DNA from: Octopus vulgaris
Lineage: Eukaryota
Direction of reading: 5' to 3'
DNA: 64,000 bases
NCBI GenBank assembly: GCA_951406725.2
Contig: OX597817.1
Coordinates: 21,390,001-21,454,000, forward strand
The notes below the pieces were generated by a model. It was not told where the DNA came from. It did not search any database and worked only from the letters and a program-made list of their open reading frames with translations. The first letter of the stretch is position 1, and every line of letters begins with the position of its first letter. Below are positions 36,205-48,952 of this stretch, one piece after another. The position numbers and the translations under genes were made by a program.

Positions 36205-37495
36205 GCATACATATGTACATACTTACATATATATCTAAATACATATTCATATGAGAGCACAGGACTTCATAGAACGTAAATAACTTGAAATACGAACTTT
36301 TTTGCGAGCAACGAATGTAAGAAATGGAAAACGAGACAAGCAACGTAAAGAAAGACCCTTCATCAGTTGTCGGCTGTTTTTCTACTCCGTATTACGAGCA
36401 TATATACACATCTATGTGTGTGTATGTGTATGAGCGTGTGTGTATCCTTTTGGTTTGCTCCTTCTCAATTCAGAATTTATCGAATATTTCTCTAAGAGGG
36501 ACAATACACCAGTGTCTCAGACATCCGTATGTGGATCTCTAATCATTGTATGAGGACAATAATATAGAATTTTCGCCTTGTGGTGTTAAACTCAAAGGCG
36601 GATTAAAAACCATCCTTATACATAAAATTTTCATAATTTAAAATGTTAGGCTTTGTAGCTGGAGTACTGGATACCTCCCAAAATACAAACCTTTTGAGCT
36701 ACAGTGTGAGGTGACATTATCTTCAGTAGGCAGATCGAATCCATCTCAAATGCAATATCAATCTCGACTTCTGTTCGCAATGGGAGTGGTTTCTGACAAT
36801 ACTAAACGGCAACATAGAATTTAACTTGATGATCGTTGAGTCATTCATACCATAAAATCCATTAGTTTTATTCTTTTTTATTAATGCATTTTTGTGTGGG
36901 TCTGTATATTATATGTGTGTGTGTTTGTGTGTGCGTATGTGTGAAATGTAAGCAAGTGTGTCTGCTTCACTGCGTGCGTTTTTGTGCGACTGCATTTAAT
37001 TTGTCGCTTTTTATCCTTTTCCGATGTTCACACACAAATGCCCTTTAACATAAACGATTAACACGTCATTCTGCAGTACTAACTAGTGTAAGAGTTATAT
37101 ATTTTCCGAGGGATTCGAAATCACTAAGCATGTTCACACGACATTAATCAAATTTACAATTTAGTCTGAGCGTAAAACAGAGAATTTACTTTGTATTGTA
37201 TTATTTAAAGCGTTCTGAAGTTGAATCTGTGTCAGTTATCCATTTGAGGCATAGACATCCAGTATCTAAGAGAATAGGGAATTAGAAGGCACTGAGCCCT
37301 ATGTTGTATATATTTATATAGAATATAATGTGATATCGCTAAAACAGACAAACATGTCTTTAGTGTGGTAATGATATCATATGATTACCCATATTACATG
37401 TTGTTGTATATATGCTGATAGGAGAAGACAGAGACAACAATGAGAGTAAGTTTGTACATACTGAGGATTTATATATATATATATATATGCATATC

Positions 37496-37558
37496 ATGAT
37501 GATAATAATAATAATAATATTAATAATAATAATAATAATAATGATAATAATAATAATG

Positions 37559-37645
<87 letters not shown>

Positions 37646-37773
37646 GTATTTAATGGAGACATTATGAATACATTCCTGAATAGAAAACACTTGCATATTC
37701 AAATAAATATATTTTACACAGGCTGTCTCTCACTCTCCATAATTCTCTCTCTATCTCTCTCTCTGTATGTATG

Positions 37774-37855
<82 letters not shown>
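37496..37855. repeat. Long (AAT)n tract (37496-37645) and long (TA)n tract (~37778-37855)
   Basis: Seen directly in the sequence. Confidence 0.95.
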
Positions 37856-37857
<2 letters not shown>

Positions 37858-39056
37858 AACACACACACAAGAGTGCGAATGTACTCCTCTGTTTGTGTGT
37901 GTGTATGTGCGTGTGCCTGCATTCGGTACGTGGGGTGGATATATGCATGAGGTTATGAGCCTGAATGCCTGAATTGTACAGTATCTTTGTATACATATAT
38001 ATGCAATGGCGTCCTAGCATAAATGTGCTTATGTTGAAGTATTAATCAAGGGTATTTGTGCATGAAGAACGGAAAATAAAAAAAAGAAGATAAATTCAAT
38101 ATACATTCAAATAGAAGCACAAATGTGCTTACACATATAAAAGCTTACACACATAAAAGTATATGCAAACGTATATATCCGCATATACAAAACGACAGAC
38201 AAACACACATACGCACTCGCGCACATCTATCGTAATAAATGTATGCATGCATAAATATATATGTATGCCTGTTTACGTTTATGGAAATGAAAGGCAAACG
38301 GGAAGGAGAATATGTTCGCAAGTATACGGTGTACTCACACAGCCTAACCACACAAGCATACACAAACACACACACACACTGGCACATACATAATCATGCG
38401 TACGCGAAAATATATATTTTTATGTCTATGCGTGTGTATGTGTGTGTGTGTGTGTATGTATTTATAGGGCGCGCATATATGCTCTCAAATAAGTGTGTAT
38501 AAATGTGTCTACATATATCCTTGTATAAATCCGTGTATATATATACGTCTACCTTTTTGTGTATATCTAAGGTGTTTGCATATATATATATGTTTATGTG
38601 TATCACATCATCTGTATGTATTTAATGCATACATTGACATGAACGGTGAGTATATATACGTGGTCGATTTTGTGAGACAATACGTACTTTTTATTGTGAG
38701 TGTTTGAATGCAAATGTCTTTGAAAGCTTTTGGTGCGTTAATTTCGTTTCCTTCATATAACCGATATAGTATTCAATATACCATTTACATCCACATTATT
38801 CACCAATAATACACATTAATTAGCTCTATAGCCCTATTGTATTTTGTTTTCATCTATTCTTCATCTTGTTGTCGCTTTTGTAAGTCATATGAGTTTTCAA
38901 TTTGTGTATTCATATTTTCTTCGATTCTTCCATTTTCCTGCATCTTCTGCAATCTTTGTTTTCTCTCTCGTCTATACACTCAAACAATCTTTTCCTATCT
39001 CTCCTTCTCACTTAACTCTCTAACAACAAGTTTCCATTTCTATGTCCCTATGACTG

Positions 39057-39096
<40 letters not shown>

Positions 39097-39256
39097 TCTC
39101 TTTCTTTCTTTCTTTCTTTCTCATTGCACATTTAACTTTACCATTTACGGTCGCTTTCTCTTACCAGTGGCGATACAGGAAGCTAAGACAGCGCTCGTTC
39201 ACGACATGTATATGTGTGTGTATGTGTGCGTGCCTGTATGAATGCATGTAGATAAG

Positions 39257-39305
<49 letters not shown>

Positions 39306-39629
39306 ACGCTAGTATATATAAACGTGTATCAAGCCACAATCATAATTCTAATGGTGTATGGTTAGTTGCAACTTCCGTCATTCAGTAAATTTTTCGTGTT
39401 TGAAAAAATATATATAGCCCACTAGAAGTTACCTACACCTAAACTAACGAATCATAATAGCTGAAGGGAAAGGCGCTTGCCCCAGGTCTTATATGCTACG
39501 CCTTTTCAACTCATTAGATAGAAATCACAATGTTTTATGGTATGTTGAAAGAAACAATGTCTAATCTGTTCTGGAAACGGAGTCTTATTTTGGATCGCTC
39601 TCAATTACACACGCAAATAAATATACATA

Positions 39630-40120
39630 CGTGGTCTGAACAACAAGTATCTGGATTGTTGCCATAGTAACGAAGCTGAAGTACGCAAAGTAAAGGCGTT
39701 TGACACAGATTAACCTTGAACTCTGTTGTGCATGCTCATGAATTCTTAAAGGTCTATCTCACTTCTCTTGTTTACAGCGATTCTTGGAAGGAAGGTACGT
39801 AGCGTGTCATCAATGCAATGACCACGACAAGGAAATATGAGCAGAGAATCTGCAACAAATTTTGCCAAAGACTTGGCGATACCTACAGAGAAGCCTACGC
39901 AAAATTTTCAAAAAGTTTTCATCGTTCTTGACACAATCAAGCAGATCGTGTGCAACTGAAACCCAAGTGCCATTTCGATCAGATGAAAGCAATTTTGGCA
40001 CAGAGTTTCATTGATAATGGAATGAACTGAACCGTAACTGAACAGTAGACTTGCAACTGGCTTCCTACCACAAAAACTGTTCTTATTCTTTAGTGACAAC
40101 CCCAGTTCTGTTCAGGATAC
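39630..40120 (+). mobile_element. Mariner (same family as 28080), 5' part, with an internal inversion
   Basis: TA-CGTGGTCTGAACAACAAGTATCTGGATT TIR; subterminal sequence homologous to the reverse complement of 28690-28768. Plus strand gives MTTTRKYEQRICNKFCQRLGDTYREAYAKF; minus strand gives SYGSVHSII..VPKLLSSDRNGTWVSVAHDLLDCVKNDENFLK. Right boundary is approximate. Confidence 0.8.
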
Positions 40121-40674
40121 ATTATTTTAAAAAATGGGTCTTCTTGTGTATCATAAAAAATGAAACGGAGGTGGACATATCTACATTAAAAAAATGAATA
40201 TACTTTGAAACATTTAAAAGTCAGTAATTCATCGCTGTAGAGACGGGGAGATATTTGGTGCCTTCAATATGTTTCTGGGAAAGGTGAAAGGAAACGCAAA
40301 GGGAATTTCCAACATCTCAACAGTTTCATGACTATTCTTTCCTTGACTAAACTACACAATATTATATTAAACTCCTTATAAAGAGTAAAAAAAATGTTGG
40401 ATATGATCTCAGTTTGATGCATATATGTATGTGTGCCGGTGTGTGTGTTTGTTTGTTTTGTGTGAGCGGGTTCGTGTGACTGTGTGGGTGCGTGCGTGCA
40501 TGCGTGTGCGTAGAGAGGAAGTGAGAGGATAAGGTAGAGATAGAATGACGAAAAAGAACAACAAAAATCACAAACATCTGACCAGTCTATACAGTCCTCG
40601 TATATATGTATGCTTATCTGTATGTATGTATGTATGTATGTATGTATGTGTGTATGTATATATATATATATATA

Positions 40675-40714
<40 letters not shown>

Positions 40715-40719
40715 ATATT

Positions 40720-40754
<35 letters not shown>

Positions 40755-40842
40755 ATGTATGTACATATATATATATATATATAAATGTATGTATATATTT
40801 ATATATACATATATACACGCATACACACACACACACACACAC

Positions 40843-40885
<43 letters not shown>

Positions 40886-41153
40886 ACACATATTTTACTT
40901 AAAATAAGAGAATGCAATAAGGGAAAGAAAATAAGTGAGAGAAGGTGATTGTTGTAAATAACCTAGACATATATATGACAAAATATAGATTGAAACTTAT
41001 AGAATTAAGTTACTACAATGAGTGACCTGAGAGAAGATCTATTTTTATAGGTGATTAATATTTCCTTCTTCATCTCAATCAAGTAGACAGTTTATATTGC
41101 ATTACCAAATCAATGGCTTCCGATATATGTGTGTGTGTATGCATGTATTTATA

Positions 41154-41196
<43 letters not shown>

Positions 41197-42043
41197 AAAC
41201 ACACTCACACACACCTATATATATTTATATATATATATGTATATACTAGACGAGATAAAAAAAAAACAGGGGTGTATGTGTATATAAGTTCTTGTATGTG
41301 CTGTTGTATATATATCCTTACTTCCTTCTCATTTTCTTAGCCAATTGGCCCTCTTCCGATAGGAGGTCATAGAAAGAATTTCGTGAAACATCACATTACT
41401 TGCGCATTTGAAACCTGGCTAATCCTTCCTATGAGCTTAAGCATATTTGAACGCACATGCCTTTTGCTTTATCTCGTGCAACTTATCATTTTATTGTAGA
41501 TACTATAGAAACAGTTCTCCGCAGTCAAATATGTAACCCTTGGTGCTTCTTTGCTTTGGTTACTATGGAAATAGAAATTTTCGCCACATTGATATATTAA
41601 AATACTCACTTCTGATTGGCTAAAATACCCAAATTTGGTAAATTTTAAAGGCTAACATGTTTTTAATTATAGATTTATAGAGAAAATGAATTATTATAGA
41701 AGACTTAATCCATATACCAAATTTGAAGACAATTTGTACGAAATTGTAAACGGTGAAAAAAACCACAAAGATCCAAAAGAAGTATAAAAATCTTTTGTCT
41801 GAATCTAGGGTTTATTTTTTTAAAACTTGATTTACAATTCCTACTTCCATCTCCTCAGTAGTAATGCTTGAATCGTATAATTTTCTCCGACATCTCATTC
41901 GCAGCTAGTTACCCTGTAAATATACTACGTAATCCAAAACTTTACTTTTCTAAGAATCGTATATAATGCATAAGATGTAAAACTGGCTGCTTTCAACAGA
42001 TATATGCTTGGTTCTACTCTGAACCTGTTAACTCGAACCATAT

Positions 42044-42283
42044 CTCTTTTACTCTTTTACTCTTTTACTTGTTTCAGTCATTTGACTGCGGCCATGCTGG
42101 AGCACCGCCTTTAATCGAGCAACTCGACCCCGGGACTTATTCTTTGTAAGCCCAGTACTTATTCTATCGGTTTCTTTTGCCAAACCGCTAAGTAACGGGG
42201 ACATAAACACACCAGCATCGGTTGTCAAGCAATGCTAGGGGGACAAACACAGACACACAAACACACACACACACATACACACG

Positions 42284-42324
<41 letters not shown>

Positions 42325-42486
42325 GACGGGCTTCTTTCAGTTTCCACCTACCAAATCCACTCACAAGGCTTTGGTCGGCCCGAGGCTATAGTAGAAGACA
42401 CTTGCCCAAGGTGCCACGCAGTGGGACTGAACCCGGAACCATGTGGTTGGTAAACAAGCTACTTACTACACAGCCACTCCTGCGCC
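42044..42486 (-). mobile_element. SINE family A, full length
   Basis: Near-identical to 19545-19973. Confidence 0.93.
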
Positions 42487-44794
42487 TATGTCATATCATG
42501 TCATTTCAAACCTAACGCGGATATAATTTGAAAAATTTTTTCCGGTATTTGACTTTTAGATTTTCATTAATGACACACATTTATTTCACTCACATCTCAG
42601 TCGTCATGTGTGTTGCTGATTTCTACAATATAACATTACTTTACTTTGGGCTCACAAACAATATAAAATAGATTTTAAAAAAATGTAGTTGTCATATTTT
42701 AACACCCCCATCCTCACCCAACCTATTATTCATGTTTTGTGCGGTAGTGTACTTTTTAGCAGCCTAGTCTACATTTTTGCAGCTTACCACATCATGTGAT
42801 GTTGAGCCTATATTAAAGCCAACGCAGAAATTAACTAAAGATTTGCATAACAGATTAAATTGCAAGAGAGCTCACGTTTTATATATACAAAAGAAATTCA
42901 TCTGCGGTTAGAAACAGATCTTCCCCCATTAGAGACAATTTCAAAACATGCATATGAAATGTTTTCGCTTTTGCTGTAAAATAACCTACATTAATCAGTT
43001 GATTCATATTTTGTATGATTTTTTTACTTTCCGGTTTGTGTAGAAGTAACATTTAAAATGAGGAGGCAAAATTTATTGGAACTCCATCCAAGGCATTTAG
43101 AAGGATATATACACTCTACGGTGTGCCTTTATTCTTTCAAGAAAAAAACGTAGAAAGTTCACAGTGATGTCGTCTATGTACGGTTTTGGTTTAACGTTAC
43201 CTAGAATGTTCTGAAATACATTCTGTAGCAGTTCTCCTCACGTTCATAGAAGTTTTCTTATTTTGTAAGTTTGCAAATGTGTTAGATACTTGCAATTTTG
43301 TATTAGATAGTTGCTGAAATTTTGATTTTTCTTTGTTGAATGTTACTATCTAGAAAAATGTATATATGTGCATGTGTGCATGAATGTGTATGTGTTTGTC
43401 TTATATAGATATGCAGAGGCATTGATGCATCTGTATAAAAGTTCATTCCACATTTCAACAATGTTGAAATACATAAAGAAAAGATTCGATGCATATACAA
43501 ATGGGAAAAGAATGAAAAAATAGGTCTCAAGAGTTTTTCGCTATCTTTTGTTCAACTCTATGTTCACTTAATATATATTTGTGTGTATATATGTAAAAAT
43601 ATTCTCACTGCTGATCACAATTATAAATATAATTTTGTTTCAATGCTGGTTTATCTGAGAGTAATGCAGAAAACACTCACGCACGAATAGACACACGCAC
43701 ACACGCGTGTGCGTCAGTGTGTGTGTGTGTAAGTTTATATACAAAAGAAACGAGGAGCGCGGTTATTCTTGTTTGAATGTGCCTGGTGTAAGTTTATTTA
43801 AATTATTTGCAAAATATACTGAATGTAATGTAAGATCATATGCGTGAACGGGTGTTTGCGATCTTTTGCGTGAATGTGTGTTTGTGTGTTTAAGATTGAT
43901 TGTATGACTGTTTATTAAATAGATGAACACAAATCCATTACATACCAACTTCAGAATCTGCGTGCAGCGAAGTTACTAACGATTTAATCTCTTCTTCATT
44001 CAAATACATTCATGTATATTATGCATGCAAATCCGAAAATCTGAATACATTTGTTAGAAACATTGCAAAAAGAGTACACGAAAGCAAATATATTTATCAG
44101 AATTGCACTCAGGAAAATAACATTCCTCGGTCTATGCACGCAATACGTGGCAATTCAGAACCGTGTGTGATCACTTACAAAATATCATAATTTCATTTCT
44201 AAAATTCTGAGAATCAGAAAATTAGGTATTTTGTGTGAGAGCTTCAGGCTTTACCATATTTCCACCTGAAAAATCAATCATTTATCAAATATATTCAGTT
44301 TTTTTTTAATATGACGTTTATATAATGTTTAGCTCTTTATATTTATTGTTTATGCTGATGTAATATGGAGGACACGTAATGCTATAGAAAGGCGGCATTC
44401 GATCCGATTCAAAGATTATACGGAGATCATATATAACAGTTAACGAAAATATCCTTAATTCTGTTCTGTTGTGATGCATTCATCATGAAGTTATTTGACA
44501 TACTTTTTAATACTACTGCAAATCATCGTAAAGTTTTCGTTTTTATCGATTTTGTTTAGAATACTTGGGAGAATATTTTAGCAGCTATAATAACGATGCC
44601 TAAGCGACACAAGGTGCACTTTTATCATCCTACTGCACTCTTGTTAATCTTTAAACATGAGTTCATAATTTCTTTTTAGCTGAAAGGTTTCAAAGTAAAC
44701 GTGATAACAAATTCATTTTCAACACTATTATACTCCATCAAATTATTTTTTAAAAAGTAATTAATTCATAAATTTATAGATTGTTTAGGTCAGT

Positions 44795-44985
44795 GCCTTG
44801 AGATTCGATAGAGCGTCACGCAAAATGAGATGTGGCAAAATGAGATTTACGTTCAGAGTTTAAATTCTGCAGTGGTTGACTTTGCATTCCATCTTCACTG
44901 TGGTGTAGAAATAAAAGAAGTGCATATGGAGTATTCATGCAATATAACTAACTATTTCCCCCACTAAAGCTGAGGCATTGCACCT
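44795..44985 (+). mobile_element. SINE family D, degraded
   Basis: TTTACGTTCAGAGTTTAAATTCTGCAGTGGTTGACTTTGCATTCCATC matches the family-D B-box/core junction. Confidence 0.55.
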
Positions 44986-45621
44986 GTAAATACCTTTGTA
45001 GGAATTAATGTTATTGGCTTTTTTAAAATCCGGTCAGAGAACGCTGTAATGCCAAACTAACGCATAGGAATATACGGATTAGGAAATCGACACAAATGCA
45101 GGGATAAGTGTACATTGTAGCTACATTAGAAGAACGAAAAACAAAGGCTATATAGCCTGGAATATCATTCGGTATAAAGAAGTTGATGTTGTATTAGCAC
45201 AATGTTCGAGGCTCTACTATTTCACTCATAGACTGTAAAGCTGTAACACTGAAACTTAACAACTGGCAACGTTTCTAATATTCTAGTCACGCGCACATAC
45301 ACAAAAGAGCTTGTGCCTGCGGCTATACACACGCATACCCATGCATATACACACACACACACACACACACTTACCTTCACACATGCACGCAGGCACAAAC
45401 ACACACATGGCTTGATATACGTAAGAGGTTACATAGGCTTCTTTATTATTATTATATGCTTTTCACGTTTCAGCAATTCATTCTGACAGGAAAACATCGC
45501 ACTTCTCAATCTACCATCATATAGCAAGTAATATAAAAGTCTCTTAGTACTTCGATCAAAAATTATAAAATTTGAAACATTACTAAATATATTTTGGTAA
45601 AGAGAAATGTCCAATTATATA

Positions 45622-46884
45622 TTGGATCATTCCATAAATAATGCGGGTTTTTCAATACTTTTTTCAGAATTAAGATAACCAAAATTCTTTTTAAATCTAA
45701 AATATACTCTTCTTCGTTTTCTACAATGCAATTCCATATATATGGTAGACTTGCAATGTCCCTCTTTCAAAATTCCCTTGTCCGTGAAAAATACTCCTCT
45801 AGTACTGTTCTGACCTCGTCTACAGATTTCATATTTTCTCCGTTCAAAAGATTTTGATGACTGCGGAATAAATGATAATCAGATGGGGCAATGTCCGGCA
45901 AATATGGTGGGTGGGGCATCGTTCTCCATTGAAACTGCTCTAGCCTTTGTAATGTCATCCTCACTTTATGTGGCCGAGCTTTATCCTGATCGAAGAACGC
46001 CTTTTGTCTTAAAAACAAAGATGGTCATTTTTCTTCTAGCGCTGACTTAAGTCGCTCAAGCTACTCGCGTTAGATCTCCTTTCTTATCGTTTGGTTTGGG
46101 TTTAAAAGTTCAAAGTGGACCAAACATTTTATATGTCAATACACAGATAAAACACATTACGTGTGTGAAAACCTTCTTTAGCCTGGAGTGCAGGTGTTTC
46201 CTCTTTCTCTACCCACTGTCTTCGATGGTCGACATATTTATAGAGAACACATTTCCTGTAACTAGTTCCTAAATGGTCCATTCCTCAGATAGTACGGCAG
46301 AGAAGAGCACACATTCACCCTCTGCATGCAATTAATCTATAAAAGTTTGAGAGGAACCCATTGACCCACTCGTGAATTTTGGGATAGCACGCAGGTGTTG
46401 CTGAATGGTTGAATGAGCAAATCCAAGTTTCTATGCTAGTTCCTCAACCGTTACGATGGGATTATTTTCCAACAGGGTTTGCAGGACATCCTCGTTGAGC
46501 TCTGTGGATCTTCCAGGACGAGACACATCTTCCAAGCTGTAGTTTCCGGCTCGGAATTTCTGGAACCCCTGTTGACATTGGCTTACACTTATTGACTAAT
46601 CCCCATAAACTGCATTAATATTCCTCGCAATTTCCGTTGCGTTGCTGCCTTTATTGCTTTATTGCAATATACAAGCAAAATATGATGAATATGCATTTTG
46701 TCACTTTCCTTTATAGCTTTGAAAAATTACCTGTTAAAATCGAACTGCACTCTTCAAAATTTGCCCTAAAAATGTGTACAAAGTAAAATTACTACCTGCT
46801 TTTATGCAGATCATTTATCCCATCCCCATCCGACTTTTAGTTCATGCAATTGAAAAAAACCGCATTATTTATGGGATGATCCAA
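45622..46884 (-). mobile_element. Full-length (1263 bp) mariner transposon with a transposase pseudogene
   Basis: TIRs TTGGATCAT(T/C)CCATAAATAATGCGG(G/T)TTTTT flanked by TA (45620-21 and 46885-86). Minus-strand motifs GQWVPLKL, DQDKARPH, PHPPYLPDIAPSDYHLF and EYILD are present, with frameshifts, stops and an eroded TGDEKW motif. Confidence 0.93.
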
Positions 46885-47444
46885 TACTTACATATATATA
46901 TATATATATATGCAATACGTTTTCTTTCACTGCCACTTGCAATTACGAAGTGTACAAGCAAGCACTGCATTTATTGACTAAAATGAGTTAACCACATAAG
47001 CATCTACAATTAAGCAGTAATAAAAATACTAGAAGCAGGACATCGAAAATGTAATTATAGAAAAACAATGCGGAACTGAAGCTTTAGTAATAATATTTTT
47101 AATCAGTTTGGCAACTACAGAACATATCTACATCCTTCTTAAATATTCTTAGTGAAGAATCATAAACTTTGTCATAATTAACAGAGAACTGAAGGATTTT
47201 CTCATCCCTCATATAATTTGTAACGAAACACTTGCACACAGGAGAATGATACGTTCGGCGCCCATGGGCAGTTCGATAACTAAGCTAACAATGGAATCTA
47301 CAACCGTAAATAAATGTACTGATATACACTCGAGTTTGCATACCTTTGTCATATTTTTTTTTCTCACTCTTTATAAATGTGTATTTGCACACAGACAGAC
47401 ACACACATACACACGCACATATATGAGAATATAGAATGTTACTG

Positions 47445-47735
47445 TGTGTTAATGCCTCGTCCACAGTAGCGATTTTTGCCATAAACCATTGACAACACTG
47501 CGCTTCCTGGCATTATTGTGGTTTTCGAATGATGCCACACCATTCACTTCGTAAGTAAGCATGCAATCTTCTTGAGCGGAACACCAGTTTTTCGTAGGAT
47601 TACCCACTTAAAACTCAGTGCAGCAAGTAAAAATAAAGTGTCTAGCTGGAAGACACAATGCCTCACCGGTCTGGAAATAAAAGCTGTATTCTTACGATCA
47701 CCACTGTAACACCACCAACCACTAGGCCGTACATA
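47445..47735 (-). mobile_element. Old SINE with family-C head/CORE and a family-B-like tail
   Basis: 47605-47735 aligns to 17765-17890 (AAATAAAGTGTCT.GCT...GACACAA, CTTACGATCA, AACCACTA.GCC). 47490-47545 aligns to the family-B tail (C.TGCGCTTC..GCATT..TT...TTC.AATGA.GCCAC). Confidence 0.6.
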
Positions 47736-48874
47736 TTCACTTTATATGTATGTACAAAAAAAATTCTTTCTGTGAATGATATAGCACGACATTTACTTAG
47801 TTTTGCATACAAATTGCGGTCGGTAATTAACAATGTATTAAATTACTACTTTCTTCTGATGTTCTGGAGTGCTAATCAGATTAGGCAATTGTGTATTTAA
47901 CAGTTATTGCAAAGCATATTAGCATACACAAGCAAAACATGTGTAAAGCTTATGTGAATCTAGTTTGTGTATATATGTGCATGTATCTGTGTGCGTGGCT
48001 ATGTGAGTATGTGTGTGTGAGAGTGTATATGTGTATATGAGTGTATGTATGTGTGTGTGAGAGTGTCTATGTGTATATGAGTGTATGTATGTGTGTGTGG
48101 AAGTATATATTAAATATTGAAGGATAGTAATAATACTAACTATATAGCCGTCGCGCGCTAACGTAGAAACAAATGGGAATGTGTGCATGTGTGTGTGAGT
48201 GTGTGTGTGTGAGTATGTATTCTTACGTGTCGGTGTGTGTATGTGTTTTGTGTGTGTGTGTGTGCGTGCGTACGTGTATACGTGTGAAGCTATAAAGTTC
48301 GTTATTATTGAGTGCTTTTAACATTTCAATAATCCAGTCTGAGAGGAAAACCTCCCTCACCTCAATATATCATCATAGCAAATAATACAAAACACACACT
48401 CTCTATTATATCTATGCGCAAAACTGAAAGTGGCAGTTTGCGTTGAAGGAGTTGAAATCTGTTGTCTCTTGGTAGACTTGTTTATGTGTTTGCACACGAT
48501 AGCAAGGTCTTTCTATTAGCTTTCAGGTCAAGAAGTCAATAACATTGAAGGAAGGGATGAAAATATATATATCATAAATATACCATTATATCAATTGATT
48601 GGAGTGCACTCTTTTGCTTGAAAATAATACTTATGTGATATCTTCGATAATAGATTTCGCTCCATTGCAAAATTTTCTATAACATTTTTTTTTTCATCTA
48701 TGTGCTGATTTTACTCTGAAATTTTATATACGATAAATCTATATACGTATATATATGGTTACATATTCATAAATACACACACACACACATATATATATAC
48801 ATCTATATTTATATTTATATAAATATATAATATATATATGCATATATAAACACAGACATATGCCTATTTACATC

Positions 48875-48952
<78 letters not shown>

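Noticed and set aside
36340-36400. CTGATGAAGGG on the minus strand, a possible hammerhead core
   Set aside because: There is no downstream GAAA with a closing stem II, and a permuted reading needs several mismatches in stems I and III.
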